64,000 nucleotides of DNA from Bacillota bacterium (lineage in GTDB: Bacteria > Bacillota > DTU025): NCBI GenBank assembly GCA_050951805.1, contig JBMNJT010000002.1, forward strand, positions 672,001-736,000, read 5' to 3'. Under the pieces are notes generated by a model. The model was not told the origin of the DNA and made no database searches. It was given only the letters and a program-made list of their open reading frames with translations. The first letter of the stretch is position 1; each line of letters starts with the position of its first letter. Positions 11,360 to 21,209 of this stretch are shown piece after piece. The translations under genes and the position numbers were made by a program.

Positions 11360-11824
11360 ATGGCTATGGATGGAGCAGGCCGGGAGAGGCCTTCATGGGA
11401 CGAGTATTTCATGGAGATAGCAAAGGTGGCTGCAAAAAGATCTACGTGTCTTAGACGGCAAGTCGGTGCAGTAGCAGTAAGGGACAAGCAAATCCTGGCG
11501 ACGGGGTATAATGGAGCTCCTGCCGGACTTGCCCATTGCAGTGAAGTCGGGTGTGTGAGGGCGAAGCTCGGTATCCCTTCTGGTGAGCGGCACGAGCTCT
11601 GCCGTGGGCTTCATGCCGAACAGAACCTGATAATCCAGGCAGCTGTGCACGGTGTGGCAATATCAGGGGCTACAGTTTACTGTACGTTCCATCCGTGCGT
11701 TGTATGTTCTAAAATGTTGATCAATGCGGGGATCGCGAGAATCGTATTTGCGGGGGAATATCCGGATCGATTAGCAGACGAGATGCTGCAGGAAGCCGGC
11801 GTAGAACTGACTCGGATTCCTTGA
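11360..11824 (+). CDS. dCMP deaminase family protein
   Basis: [19 protein letters not shown]. Confidence 0.93.
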   Translation: MAMDGAGRERPSWDEYFMEIAKVAAKRSTCLRRQVGAVAVRDKQILATGYNGAPAGLAHCSEVGCVRAKLGIPSGERHELCRGLHAEQNLIIQAAVHGVAISGATVYCTFHPCVVCSKMLINAGIARIVFAGEYPDRLADEMLQEAGVELTRIP

Positions 11825-11947
11825 CGTCCGTGTGTACAGACTTCTGCGAGGAAACTGGGGCAAGATCCATCCGCAGTGATCGACACGGATCTAGCCTGGA
11901 TTCGGCGTCATGATTGTTTTATACCGAACCGATGGGAGTGCGACAAC

Positions 11948-12979
11948 TTGAACAGGTATTTGATGTCTTTCCTGTTCACAATTGCATCATCATTTCTACT
12001 CACTCCCCAGATACGGGCATTTGCCCTGAAACGAGGCATAGTCGATCGTCCAAGGGGCAGACATGTCCACAAGGCGCCTGTGCCAATGCTGGGGGGAGTG
12101 GCAATCTATCTGTCATTCGCTGCAGCATGCCTTATATTTACAAAGGTCAACAAAAATGCCATTGGATTGCTTCTTGGGGGCGGTCTCATAGTGGCTTTTG
12201 GGGTGTGGGACGATATTTGCGAGATCAAGCCACGAACCAAGCTTTGTGGGCAAATTGCAGCTGCTGTCGTGTTGGTTCTTTTTGGGGTAAAAATCGAATT
12301 CGTGACTAACCCGCTTGGCGGCATGATCTATCTCGGGTTCATGTCGGTGCCGCTTACAATCATATGGCTTGTGGCGTTCATGAATGTGGTCAACTTCATT
12401 GATGGTCTCGATGGTTTAGCTGCTGGAGTGTCGGCTATAGGCGCCCTTGCAATGGCTTTTGCCGCATTCCAGACTAAGCAGGGTCAGCTCGTTATCATGT
12501 CTATGGCGTTAGCGGGGAGTGCATTGGGTTTCCTATACTACAACTTCAACCCCGCTTCGATATTCATGGGGGATGCTGGGGCAATGTTTCTCGGTTTTGC
12601 CATAGCCGGCATATCTGCCATGGGCGCGCTTAAGACCCCGGCAACACTGGCGTTGGCAGTCCCGGTGCTGGTGATGGGGGTTGCGATACTTGATACGGCT
12701 TTTGCCATCTTCAGGCGTGTTCGCAAAGGGGCGCCAGTTTCTGTCGGCGACAAGGATCACGTTCACCATAGGTTGTTGGCCATGGGAATGACCCAGCGTG
12801 AAGCTGTTCTCACGCTATACGCAGTTAGCGGGCTCCTTGCAGCTGCAGCGTGTGGGATAGTGGTTGTGAACCCTCGAGTTGGCCTAGGCGGCGCGGTCGT
12901 TGCATTTGGTGCTCTAATCATCGTAGGTGAGAAGTCCGGGGTTATGAAGGTCGGGCCACGTCGGAAGATGGACGAATAG
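11948..12979 (+). CDS. wecA: Undecaprenyl-phosphate GlcNAc-1-phosphate transferase (WecA/TagO, MraY family)
   Basis: NFIDGLDGL, FMGDAG, DKDHVHH; multi-TM. TTG start after GGGAG. Confidence 0.9.
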   Translation: MNRYLMSFLFTIASSFLLTPQIRAFALKRGIVDRPRGRHVHKAPVPMLGGVAIYLSFAAACLIFTKVNKNAIGLLLGGGLIVAFGVWDDICEIKPRTKLCGQIAAAVVLVLFGVKIEFVTNPLGGMIYLGFMSVPLTIIWLVAFMNVVNFIDGLDGLAAGVSAIGALAMAFAAFQTKQGQLVIMSMALAGSALGFLYYNFNPASIFMGDAGAMFLGFAIAGISAMGALKTPATLALAVPVLVMGVAILDTAFAIFRRVRKGAPVSVGDKDHVHHRLLAMGMTQREAVLTLYAVSGLLAAAACGIVVVNPRVGLGGAVVAFGALIIVGEKSGVMKVGPRRKMDE

Positions 12980-13029
12980 GGGTCTTGCACGTTTGCGTTG
13001 CTCATTGATGGTATGTCGGAGGTTGTTTC

Positions 13030-14187
13030 ATGGGAAGGATTAAGGTTCTGTCTGTTTTTGGCACAAGGCCAGACACGATAAAACTTGCGCCCGTAGTTGC
13101 CGAGCTTTCGAAGTATCCGGATATGATCAGCTCTGTGACAGTTGGGACCGCGCAGCACCGTGACATGATGGATCAAGTACTTTCAGTGTTTGGCATTTCA
13201 CCCGACTATGATCTTGGCATAATGCAGGATGACCAGACGCTTTTCGACATTGCAGAGAGAGGCCTCCGTGGCCTGGAGGAAGTATTAGTCCGTGAAAAAC
13301 CGGACATTACTCTTGTTCATGGCGATACTTCCACTGCGTTCGTTGGAGCGCTTGCTTCATTCTATTGCAAGACTGCTATTGGTCACGTAGAAGCTGGTTT
13401 GCGCACATATCAGAAGTATGACCCTTTTCCGGAGGAAATGAACCGAAGGCTTGTGGGCTGCCTTGCCGATCTGCACTTTGCGCCCACTGCTGATCATCTG
13501 GAGAATTTGCTTCGGGAGAATTTCCCCCGCGAAAACATCTACGTTACGGGGAACACTGTAGTCGATGCTGTAATGAGGGTTGCCCAGAGTCGTACGGGGT
13601 ACGATGATCCGAAGCTCGCGTCCCTAGATCTCGAGGGCAAGAGGCTAATCTTGGTCACTGCTCATCGGCGTGAGAACATAGGTGAACCTTTGCGGAATAT
13701 CTGCGCGGCTATCCGTGATGTGTTGGCGGACTATCCCGATGTTGTGGTTGTGATGCCTGTTCATCTCAATCCGAGGGTAAGGGAGACCGTAATGGAGGAG
13801 CTTAGCGGGGCTGAAAGGTGTTTTCTTGTTGATCCGGTAAGCTACCCCGACATGGTGGGCCTCATGGAAGCATGCTACATGGTGATGACCGACTCCGGAG
13901 GCCTCCAGGAGGAAGCACCTGCTTTGGGCAAGCCAGTGCTGGTGCTCAGACGGACAACTGAGAGGCCTGAGGGGCTTCGAACCGGAACTTTGCGACTAGT
14001 TGGAGTGGGTAGAGAGCAGATTCGGGAAGAAGCAGGTATTCTTCTTGAGGATGCAGAACAATATCGGAGAATGGCAAGCGCGCCTAACCCTTATGGTGAC
14101 GGAAATGCCGCTCACAGAACAGTTATGGGAATACTCCACCATTATGGGCTCGTTGACGAACGACCTTCCGATTTTATGCCCATATAG
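13030..14187 (+). CDS. wecB: UDP-N-acetylglucosamine 2-epimerase
   Basis: FGTRP, HGDT, HVEAGLR, TDSGGLQEE. Confidence 0.96.
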   Translation: MGRIKVLSVFGTRPDTIKLAPVVAELSKYPDMISSVTVGTAQHRDMMDQVLSVFGISPDYDLGIMQDDQTLFDIAERGLRGLEEVLVREKPDITLVHGDTSTAFVGALASFYCKTAIGHVEAGLRTYQKYDPFPEEMNRRLVGCLADLHFAPTADHLENLLRENFPRENIYVTGNTVVDAVMRVAQSRTGYDDPKLASLDLEGKRLILVTAHRRENIGEPLRNICAAIRDVLADYPDVVVVMPVHLNPRVRETVMEELSGAERCFLVDPVSYPDMVGLMEACYMVMTDSGGLQEEAPALGKPVLVLRRTTERPEGLRTGTLRLVGVGREQIREEAGILLEDAEQYRRMASAPNPYGDGNAAHRTVMGILHHYGLVDERPSDFMPI

Positions 14188-14285
14188 TACCGGGAAGATA
14201 TTCCCGGTTGTGCTCTGGATAGACCCGATGTTAAACTGCGCAAGGGGGCAGAATGCCTGTTTGCTTTGGAATTGGGGGAGGTAAA

Positions 14286-15563
14286 GTGGATTCTTTCGTT
14301 ATCAAAGGTGGTGAGTCCCTACACGGCAGGCTGCGCGTGGGGGGAGCGAAGAACGCCTCTTTGCCTATACTAGCAGCTTCCTTGCTTGCCTGTGGTTCTT
14401 CTACGGTAGAAGATGTTCCTGAATTGCTTGATGTTGAGACTATGTGTGGTGTGCTCACATCTGTCGGCGCTCGTGTATCAAGGTCGAAAAACAAGGTCGT
14501 TGTTGACGCTACCGAGATTTCGTCGTTTGAGCCTCCCTACGATCTGGTGAGGGCGATGCGGGCGTCTTTCTTGGTTATGGGGCCGCTTCTTGCACGCATG
14601 GGCTGTGCCAGGATTGCGCTTCCGGGGGGATGCGCCATAGGATCTCGTCCTATCGATCTTCACCTAAAGGGTTTTGCGGCGCTAGGCGCCACAATAGACA
14701 TGGGATATGGGCAGATAGAGGCCAGGGCGGATCGACTGGAGGGGGCCAGGGTTTATTTGGACTTCCCTAGTGTGGGTGCTACTGAGAATATCATGATGGC
14801 TGCAGTGTTGGCGTCTGGGACGACTATTATAGAAAACGCAGCTCAGGAACCTGAGATTGTTGACCTTGCAAACTTTCTGAACTCGATGGGTGCACGTGTG
14901 AGGGGAGCCGGAACTACCGTTCTGCGGATCGAAGGCGTGCCAGAGCTATCTCCAACGTCTTACATGGTGGTTCCCGACAGAATAGAAGCGGGAACTTTTA
15001 TGATAGCTCCTGCGATTGCCGGTGGGTCGCTCGTTATAGAGAACGTCGTGTCGGAACACTTGAAACCGATCACTGCGAAACTCCGCGAATGCGGTGTCAC
15101 AGTTGAGGAGAACGATGACGGGTCGATGTTCGTGGAGATGAACGATCGTCCAAGAGGCGTGGATATTAAGACAATGCCTTACCCGGGGTTCCCTACCGAT
15201 CTTCAAGCCCAATTCATGGCATTGATGACTATATGCTCGGGATCTTCAGTGATAACGGAGACCGTCTTTGAAAACAGGTTCATGCACGTTGCAGAGCTGA
15301 TGCGGATGGGTGCAAACATCAAGATAGATGGGCGTTCGGCTGTTGTTGAAGGGCAGGACAAGCTCCTTGGTGCACAGGTGAAGTGTACCGATCTCAGGGC
15401 CGGCGCAGCGCTGGTTCTTGCAGGTCTTGCAGCTGAAGGGGATACTGAGGTGGCAGACATATACCATATTGACCGGGGCTATGAGAACTTCGAAGGCAAA
15501 CTGGCGAGCGTTGGCGCGAACATTGTGCGGGTTGCGTCTGCCGAAGCCGAACAGGCAGTATAG
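14286..15563 (+). CDS. murA: UDP-N-acetylglucosamine 1-carboxyvinyltransferase
   Basis: [27 protein letters not shown] start after GGAGG. Confidence 0.97.
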   Translation: MDSFVIKGGESLHGRLRVGGAKNASLPILAASLLACGSSTVEDVPELLDVETMCGVLTSVGARVSRSKNKVVVDATEISSFEPPYDLVRAMRASFLVMGPLLARMGCARIALPGGCAIGSRPIDLHLKGFAALGATIDMGYGQIEARADRLEGARVYLDFPSVGATENIMMAAVLASGTTIIENAAQEPEIVDLANFLNSMGARVRGAGTTVLRIEGVPELSPTSYMVVPDRIEAGTFMIAPAIAGGSLVIENVVSEHLKPITAKLRECGVTVEENDDGSMFVEMNDRPRGVDIKTMPYPGFPTDLQAQFMALMTICSGSSVITETVFENRFMHVAELMRMGANIKIDGRSAVVEGQDKLLGAQVKCTDLRAGAALVLAGLAAEGDTEVADIYHIDRGYENFEGKLASVGANIVRVASAEAEQAV

Positions 15564-15630
15564 CATTGTCACGCTTTCCGTGGCTTGCGAACTGTACCCA
15601 CAACTACCTGGACCTATAGAAGGATATCTG

Positions 15631-15659
15631 AGAACGCCTTGATGCAGGCGTCTTTTTTT
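15631..15659 (+). terminator. Intrinsic terminator after murA
   Basis: ACGCCT-TGATGC-AGGCGT followed by C and a T7 tract. Confidence 0.7.
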
Positions 15660-15810
15660 ATGTGCTGGAGGCCTTGGCCGGCAGAGTTCTGTATGTTATT
15701 AGCAGTCACTATTATGTATTGACCGCGTTATTTCCGAGTCCGGTCCATTTGGTCGAAAAATGGTAAAAGCATGTTGAGGCTTGTGGGATACAACTGGCAT
15801 GCAGAGAGTG

Positions 15811-15977
15811 TCCTCGCAATTGCTCTTCGGATATACTAATCTGATATGTAGCCATTGGTTCTCCTCCTAGTAGATAGTTGGTGCATTCTACTGGAGAACC
15901 AGTGGCCTTTTTATACCCATCCCCATCCACTACAACAGGGCTAAGGCCTTTTTACAGCATTATATCGGACGTAACTC
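15811..15977 (-). mobile_element. Truncated IS256-family left end (terminal repeat plus first ~15 transposase codons)
   Basis: Minus strand begins GAGTTACGTCCGATATAATGCTGTAAAA (IS256-like terminus). AGGAGG SD, then MATYQISISEEQLRG, resembling IS256 transposase N-termini; similarity then stops. Confidence 0.65.
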
Positions 15978-15982
15978 GGCTG

Positions 15983-16010
15983 TTCTACGGTTTCAATGAG
16001 GGCATAGACT
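15983..16010 (+). promoter_or_regulatory. Putative SigE promoter of spoIID
   Basis: -10 CATAGACT with upstream TTCTA; spoIID is a known SigE target. Confidence 0.5.
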
Positions 16011-16042
16011 GTACAGCTTCGTGCGCGGCAGGGGAGGTATGC

Positions 16043-17026
16043 ATGTCTGTGTCCAGATTTGCGTGGTCTTTGGTTTCTATATGCGTCATTGTCATAATTG
16101 TACTGCCTGGCGCCATAGCTCTGTTTGTGCGTCCTAGGACGGCGCCTGGCACTACAGCTTCTCTGTGGGTTGATCTGTGGGACTGTAGGGCCGGCACAGT
16201 TCGGCGAATGCCACTGGCAGACTATCTCGTGGGCGTGGTTGCCGCAGAAATGCCAGCAGCTTTTGATCTCGAAGCATTGAAGGCACAAGCCGTGGCTGCC
16301 CGGACATACACTCTCCGCAAGATGTGGCAGACGCAGGAGACCTCAGCTTCGACAGATGTTCATAAAGGCGCAGTTATCTGCAGTGACCCATCCCATTGCC
16401 AGGCATGGAGTTCCAGGGAGGAACTTCTGAAAAAATGGGGAGTTGCAGGATACCTGGCTAACATAAGAAAGGTCATTGCCGCGGTTGAGGAGACGGAGGG
16501 ACTTGTCATGACATATAACGGTCGTCTCATAGACGCAGTCTACCACTCATGCTGTGGAGGAATGACAGAGGATGCAGCCGCTGTCTGGGGAAGGCGGGTC
16601 CCCTATCTTGTTCCGGTGAGTTGCGGGTGTCAGCAAAAAGCTTTGGAGCTCGGAGAGATGAAGACGCTTGAGGGTGTAGAACTTGTGAAGGCGCTCGGAC
16701 TTGGAAGCAGGTCTATTCCTGCGATGTCTTCAGGGGTTCAGGTAGTGGCTAGAACTGCCACGGCCAGGGCTAGTATGGTGTCGGTTTATGGTGTCCCTGT
16801 ATCCGCTGCGGATCTGCGGAGAGCGCTCTCACTCAAGTCAACGCGCCTGGCGGTTGTGTCTAGTGGTGGTAAGGTTACTATCACGACCACAGGCTATGGG
16901 CACGGCGTAGGGATGTGTCAGTGGGGGGCTGAAAACTTGGCCAGAGCGGGTTTGACTTTTGATGCCATACTCAAGCATTACTACTCGGGCATCGAAATAC
17001 AGAGGCTCGACCCAAGCCGCAAGTAA
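16043..17026 (+). CDS. spoIID: Stage II sporulation protein D
   Basis: YLVGVVAAEMPA.F.LEALKAQAVAARTY and GYGHGVGMCQWGA. ATG after GGGGAGG. Confidence 0.95.
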   Translation: MSVSRFAWSLVSICVIVIIVLPGAIALFVRPRTAPGTTASLWVDLWDCRAGTVRRMPLADYLVGVVAAEMPAAFDLEALKAQAVAARTYTLRKMWQTQETSASTDVHKGAVICSDPSHCQAWSSREELLKKWGVAGYLANIRKVIAAVEETEGLVMTYNGRLIDAVYHSCCGGMTEDAAAVWGRRVPYLVPVSCGCQQKALELGEMKTLEGVELVKALGLGSRSIPAMSSGVQVVARTATARASMVSVYGVPVSAADLRRALSLKSTRLAVVSSGGKVTITTTGYGHGVGMCQWGAENLARAGLTFDAILKHYYSGIEIQRLDPSRK

Positions 17027-17068
17027 TGTGAGCATTATCGAGAGTTCGCGTGCTCTGGAGATCAGCAA

Positions 17069-17098
17069 GCATACTGGATGAGGCCTCGGGGAAGAATT
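17069..17098 (+). promoter_or_regulatory. Putative SigF promoter
   Basis: GCATA-N15-GGGAAGAATT, near the GYATA-N15-GGnnAnAHTR consensus, directly before the spoIIQ-like gene. Confidence 0.6.
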
Positions 17099-17116
17099 AG
17101 AACCCGAGGTGATTTT

Positions 17117-17806
17117 ATGAAATGGCCGTTTGGAAGCAGATCTACGTCGATGATGATCGTGGTTGGGATAGCCGCTTTCTTTCTCGGATTCTCCTTGGCC
17201 ATACTAGTGAGCAACGTTCGCCGGGATACGCCGGCTCAAATCGTAGCCCATACAGACTCGGGCTGTTTTGAAAGCGAGGCCGATGAGGCAATCGCAATCA
17301 AACCTCACGAGGAGTCTGGGGTTGACTCCATTGAGGGGGTGAATGCCATATCCGCGGCCGACTCCGACAGCCTCAGCGAATCGGAGCAGGGCTTAGTCAG
17401 TATGCCCGAGGCCATGACGGCGCCGGTCGATGGCTCAGTGGTTGCGGGCTATGGTTGGCGGCGCGATCCTGTGATGGATGATTGGAGATTCACTGATGGA
17501 ATCGACATATCGTGCCTCCCTGGGACTCAGGTTCGTGCAGCTCTATCAGGAAAAGTCGCGGGCGTGGACAGGGATGAACGTGGGGTCTTGGTTGTAAGAT
17601 TGGAACACGCAGGGGGTGTTGAGACTGTCTACGAGAACCTGAGGATTGCTTGGGTCAAGGCGGGAGACGAAGTTGGCCAGGGCGCTAGTTTGGGAGAGGT
17701 TGGCGCGAGCTCCGCGGCTTCTGATGGCGAATGCATTATCAGATTCATCGTTTTGGAACGGGGAAACGCGATCGACCCTGTCCAGTGCATCGGCAAGCGC
17801 TTCTAG
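17117..17806 (+). CDS. spoIIQ: SpoIIQ-like membrane-anchored M23/LytM-domain protein
   Basis: N-terminal TM plus degenerate LytM domain; lies between spoIID and spoIIID. Confidence 0.8.
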   Translation: MKWPFGSRSTSMMIVVGIAAFFLGFSLAILVSNVRRDTPAQIVAHTDSGCFESEADEAIAIKPHEESGVDSIEGVNAISAADSDSLSESEQGLVSMPEAMTAPVDGSVVAGYGWRRDPVMDDWRFTDGIDISCLPGTQVRAALSGKVAGVDRDERGVLVVRLEHAGGVETVYENLRIAWVKAGDEVGQGASLGEVGASSAASDGECIIRFIVLERGNAIDPVQCIGKRF

Positions 17807-17872
17807 CTAGGCATAATCCACCCCTGAGCGAATATAGATCTAGCAAACGGCAGGGGGGAGGCCGGACGCTAG

Positions 17873-18127
17873 ATGAGGGAATACATCCGCCGGCGTGTTC
17901 TCGAGATAACCGACCACATCCTGGAGACCCAGGCAACAGTGCGACAGACGGCACGCCTGTTTAATGTGAGCAAGAGCACCGTCCACAAGGATGTTACGGA
18001 GAGGCTCCCCTCCATAGACAAGCAGCTTGCGAAAAAAGTAAAGAAGATTCTGGATCAGAACAAGGCGGAAAGACATCTCAGGGGTGGTGAGGCGACCCGG
18101 AGAAAATACAAGTCGGGCAACAAATGA
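17873..18127 (+). CDS. spoIIID: Sporulation transcriptional regulator SpoIIID
   Basis: TVRQTARLFNVSKSTVHKDVTERL...HLRGGEATRRKY. Confidence 0.97.
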   Translation: MREYIRRRVLEITDHILETQATVRQTARLFNVSKSTVHKDVTERLPSIDKQLAKKVKKILDQNKAERHLRGGEATRRKYKSGNK

Positions 18128-18233
18128 CAGGGGTGGGTGGGAATCTGAGAAAGGCTGAGATGCGACCATCGAGAAGACCGGCATAGGCGGGCCCGCGCCG
18201 GTCCTTCCCTTAATCTGCTTTTGGGGGTGCAAC

Positions 18234-19247
18234 ATGTCGTCGTACGGGGCGGACATCGGAATAGACTTCGGTTCTGATAACGTGAGGGTGTACATGCCTG
18301 GAAAAGGAGTTGTTATAGACGAGGCCTCGGTCGTTGTCTTTCACAGGGAGACAGGCGCTATGATTGAGGTCGGCGACCGCGGTCGAGAGCTGCTGCTTGC
18401 GGACCCAGGGTCCTGTGTGCCCGTTAGGCCTTTGGTTTTTGGATCGATCCGTCGACACGACGCGGCGTTGTTGCTAATGAAGCGGATGATATGGCGGGTG
18501 CTGGGAGGACGCGGTTTTACGAAACCCAGGGTGGTTTTGACGGTTCCGTCATGTCCATCAGATGTAGAGATCAGAGTTTGGATGACCATGGCGACTGAAG
18601 CTGGGGCGAGAAGTGTGATGTTGCTGGAAGCGCCAATGGCGGCGGCGATGGGCGCGGATATGAACGTATTCGACGCTCGCGGGCAGATGATGGTAGACGT
18701 GGGTGCAGAAGTGACCGACATAGGGGTGATTGCCGTCGGAGAAATGATAGTCTCCGAACGCGTGAGGACGGGTGGGCGCGCAATGGATGCAGCGATTCAG
18801 AAGCATATCCGCGCCGACAAGGGACTAGTGTTGGGAGACATGGCTGCAGAGGATGTCAAACGCAGAGTCGGTGTGGCCCGAAACGGTTTTGAGCCGAGTT
18901 CTGCCATGGTACATGGTCGGGACTTGGAGACAGGCCTTCCTCGCCAGGAGGCGATTTCCACTGAGGATGTGTTTGAGGCAATCAGCGGGAAAATTGATGA
19001 GATCATAGAGGGAATCCGATGTGTTCTGCAAAAGGTTCCTGTGGAGATCGGATCGGATATTTCTAGCCATAGAATAGTATTGGCTGGAGGAACGTCGCGC
19101 CTGCGAGGGCTTTCTGATGCCATAAGCGAGGGCGTGGGGTTGCCAGTTAGAGTTGCTCGTGATCCCGAATTCTGTAATATAAGGGGGATAGGCAAGTTCA
19201 TTGCAGATATAGATCCCCGGATGACAACAGCCATAAAGAGTGTATGA
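18234..19247 (+). CDS. mbl: MreB/Mbl-family actin homolog, divergent
   Basis: Actin-fold motifs (DIGIDFGS, PMAAAMGA, LAGG); mbl position after spoIIID. Confidence 0.85.
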   Translation: MSSYGADIGIDFGSDNVRVYMPGKGVVIDEASVVVFHRETGAMIEVGDRGRELLLADPGSCVPVRPLVFGSIRRHDAALLLMKRMIWRVLGGRGFTKPRVVLTVPSCPSDVEIRVWMTMATEAGARSVMLLEAPMAAAMGADMNVFDARGQMMVDVGAEVTDIGVIAVGEMIVSERVRTGGRAMDAAIQKHIRADKGLVLGDMAAEDVKRRVGVARNGFEPSSAMVHGRDLETGLPRQEAISTEDVFEAISGKIDEIIEGIRCVLQKVPVEIGSDISSHRIVLAGGTSRLRGLSDAISEGVGLPVRVARDPEFCNIRGIGKFIADIDPRMTTAIKSV

Positions 19248-19259
19248 TAGATAGGAAGG

Positions 19260-21209
19260 TTGGAATTGCATGCTGCAGGAAGGATCAGGAGAGGGGCGTT
19301 GTGTTCGGTGTTCGGAAAAAAGACTATTTTCGTTATTCTGGCCTTAACAGCCTTTATGTGGACAAGCTCTACATTGGTGGACACTCCAATTGAGGCATCC
19401 GTTGCTCTTGCATGTCCGATCATGGAGGTGGGCGATATCGAGCCTGGCATGAAGGGCACAGGAAAGACTGTGTTCCACGGAACGGAGCCGGAAGATTTTG
19501 ATGTAGAGGTAATAGCGGTGCTTAAAGGCGCTGGGAAGCTGAGCGACCTAGTACTCATACGCGCATCGGGTCAGGCGATTGAGGCTGCTGGCGGGATAGC
19601 TGAGGGGATGAGCGGAAGTCCCGTGTATATCGACGGCAGATTGTTGGGCGCTATTTCCTACGTTTTTGCCGGAAGCGATCACTTCATGGGTATGGTCACG
19701 CCTATCTCCGACATGCTGAGAATCTTATCATATCCCGATGCAACCGGCGCTTCCCTCGTCAAGGGGACTGTGGGTATGACGGATCGATTGTGGCTAGACG
19801 GGGCACTGAATGCTGCAGTAACCCCCGTAAGTGTGAGTGGGCTCTCGGGAAGGTCTTTGGAGAGAATCTCGCAATCACTGCAGCAATATGGACTGACGGT
19901 TCGTCCCTCGGTTTCGGTGGGTAGTGCGAAAGGCCGCATATCTGTTGGCTCGAATTCCACGGTGCCTTCAGGGGTTCCAGATAGAGGAATACCCCATATT
20001 GTGCCTGGCTCGACCGTTGGAGTTCAGCTTGCCAAGGGAGATGTCGACATCACTGCGTTTGGGACCGTTACGTATGTAGACGGCGACGCTTTCCTGGCCT
20101 TTGGCCATCCACTGCTGGGCCGGGGAGCTAGCGCATTGTCTGCGTGCTCTGCGTCGGTTCAAGGCATAATCAAATCTGAATCTACGCCATTTAAGGTTCT
20201 TGCTCCCGGAGCTACAGTGGGGGTTATTACTCAGGATCGTCTGAACGGTATTGGCGGGCGGTTGGGCCAGGCAGATGCGTATGTGCCTGTGTCCATAAGG
20301 GTGGTTGACAAAGAGACCGGTCGCAACAGACAAATCTCGACGTTTATTGCTCCGGACGAGTCGCTTATTGCCGACATATTCGGGGCTGCGGCCTTGGCGG
20401 CCATGGACGGCGTTACAGATCGAATGGGACTTGGGACCGCAAATGTTTCTCTTAAGATAAAGATGGCTGGCCATGATCCATATGAGCGGGCGAACATGTT
20501 TTTCAGCCCTTCTGATGTGGCGGGGATGAGTGTAGGTGAGCCCTATGACACACTATGGCTGGTTGCAAACAACGCTGCAGAGAAGGTGGAGATTGAAGGC
20601 ATAGAAATGTACGTTGAAGTCGAGCCCGTGCGTCGGACGGCAATGATCGAGAGCGTGCGAGTTATGGAGCCTACTGTGCGGCCGGGCGAGGCGGTGAACG
20701 TGTCTGTCACTTTACGCCAGCATAGAGGGGGACGTGTGACGAAGATGATGTCCGTCGTGGTCCCTGAGGATGCGCCCGGCGGAGTGCTTTCCATGTGTGT
20801 GCGCGGAGGCAACGTGAGCATTTTCGATGAGGGAGACTATGTCTACGATTCGATGTCCATGGAAGGAGTCCTTTACATGGAAGTCGACGATGTGATGGCG
20901 AAAATTGCCTCGATGCCTCGTGGGAATGAGCTTGTTCTTGAACTCGAACCTTACTTGTTCGAAGAGGAAGAACATGGCTCTGTCGTGTCCCCGAGCCTTG
21001 AATCACATAGAGACGACTTGCGGGACATGGGTGCAAAGGAGAAAGACCAAAAGACGACGGCCTCCACTGGGGCTTATGAGGAATCATCCGACAAGCCTAC
21101 GACTGCGCGCATGGAGACGGATTGGGTCATTGAAGGGATCAAATGGGTGACGATAGAGGTTGAAACTCGAGACGAGGAAATGGAATGGTGTGAAGGATCG
21201 GAGATCTAG
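19260..21209 (+). CDS. SpoIVB peptidase S55-domain protein
   Basis: GKTVFHG, GGIAEGMSGSPVYIDGRLLGA, AFGHP. Start uncertain. Confidence 0.88.
   Translation: MELHAAGRIRRGALCSVFGKKTIFVILALTAFMWTSSTLVDTPIEASVALACPIMEVGDIEPGMKGTGKTVFHGTEPEDFDVEVIAVLKGAGKLSDLVLIRASGQAIEAAGGIAEGMSGSPVYIDGRLLGAISYVFAGSDHFMGMVTPISDMLRILSYPDATGASLVKGTVGMTDRLWLDGALNAAVTPVSVSGLSGRSLERISQSLQQYGLTVRPSVSVGSAKGRISVGSNSTVPSGVPDRGIPHIVPGSTVGVQLAKGDVDITAFGTVTYVDGDAFLAFGHPLLGRGASALSACSASVQGIIKSESTPFKVLAPGATVGVITQDRLNGIGGRLGQADAYVPVSIRVVDKETGRNRQISTFIAPDESLIADIFGAAALAAMDGVTDRMGLGTANVSLKIKMAGHDPYERANMFFSPSDVAGMSVGEPYDTLWLVANNAAEKVEIEGIEMYVEVEPVRRTAMIESVRVMEPTVRPGEAVNVSVTLRQHRGGRVTKMMSVVVPEDAPGGVLSMCVRGGNVSIFDEGDYVYDSMSMEGVLYMEVDDVMAKIASMPRGNELVLELEPYLFEEEEHGSVVSPSLESHRDDLRDMGAKEKDQKTTASTGAYEESSDKPTTARMETDWVIEGIKWVTIEVETRDEEMEWCEGSEI

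Noticed and set aside
15736-15770. Possible right end of the IS256 stub (GAGTCCGGTCC...) forming a MITE
   Set aside because: Only a short weak match to the left terminus and no flanking direct repeat.
15878-16042. Longer spoIID start in the ORF track
   Set aside because: It overlaps the IS256 stub and the promoter; ATG 16043 has the SD and begins the TM anchor.
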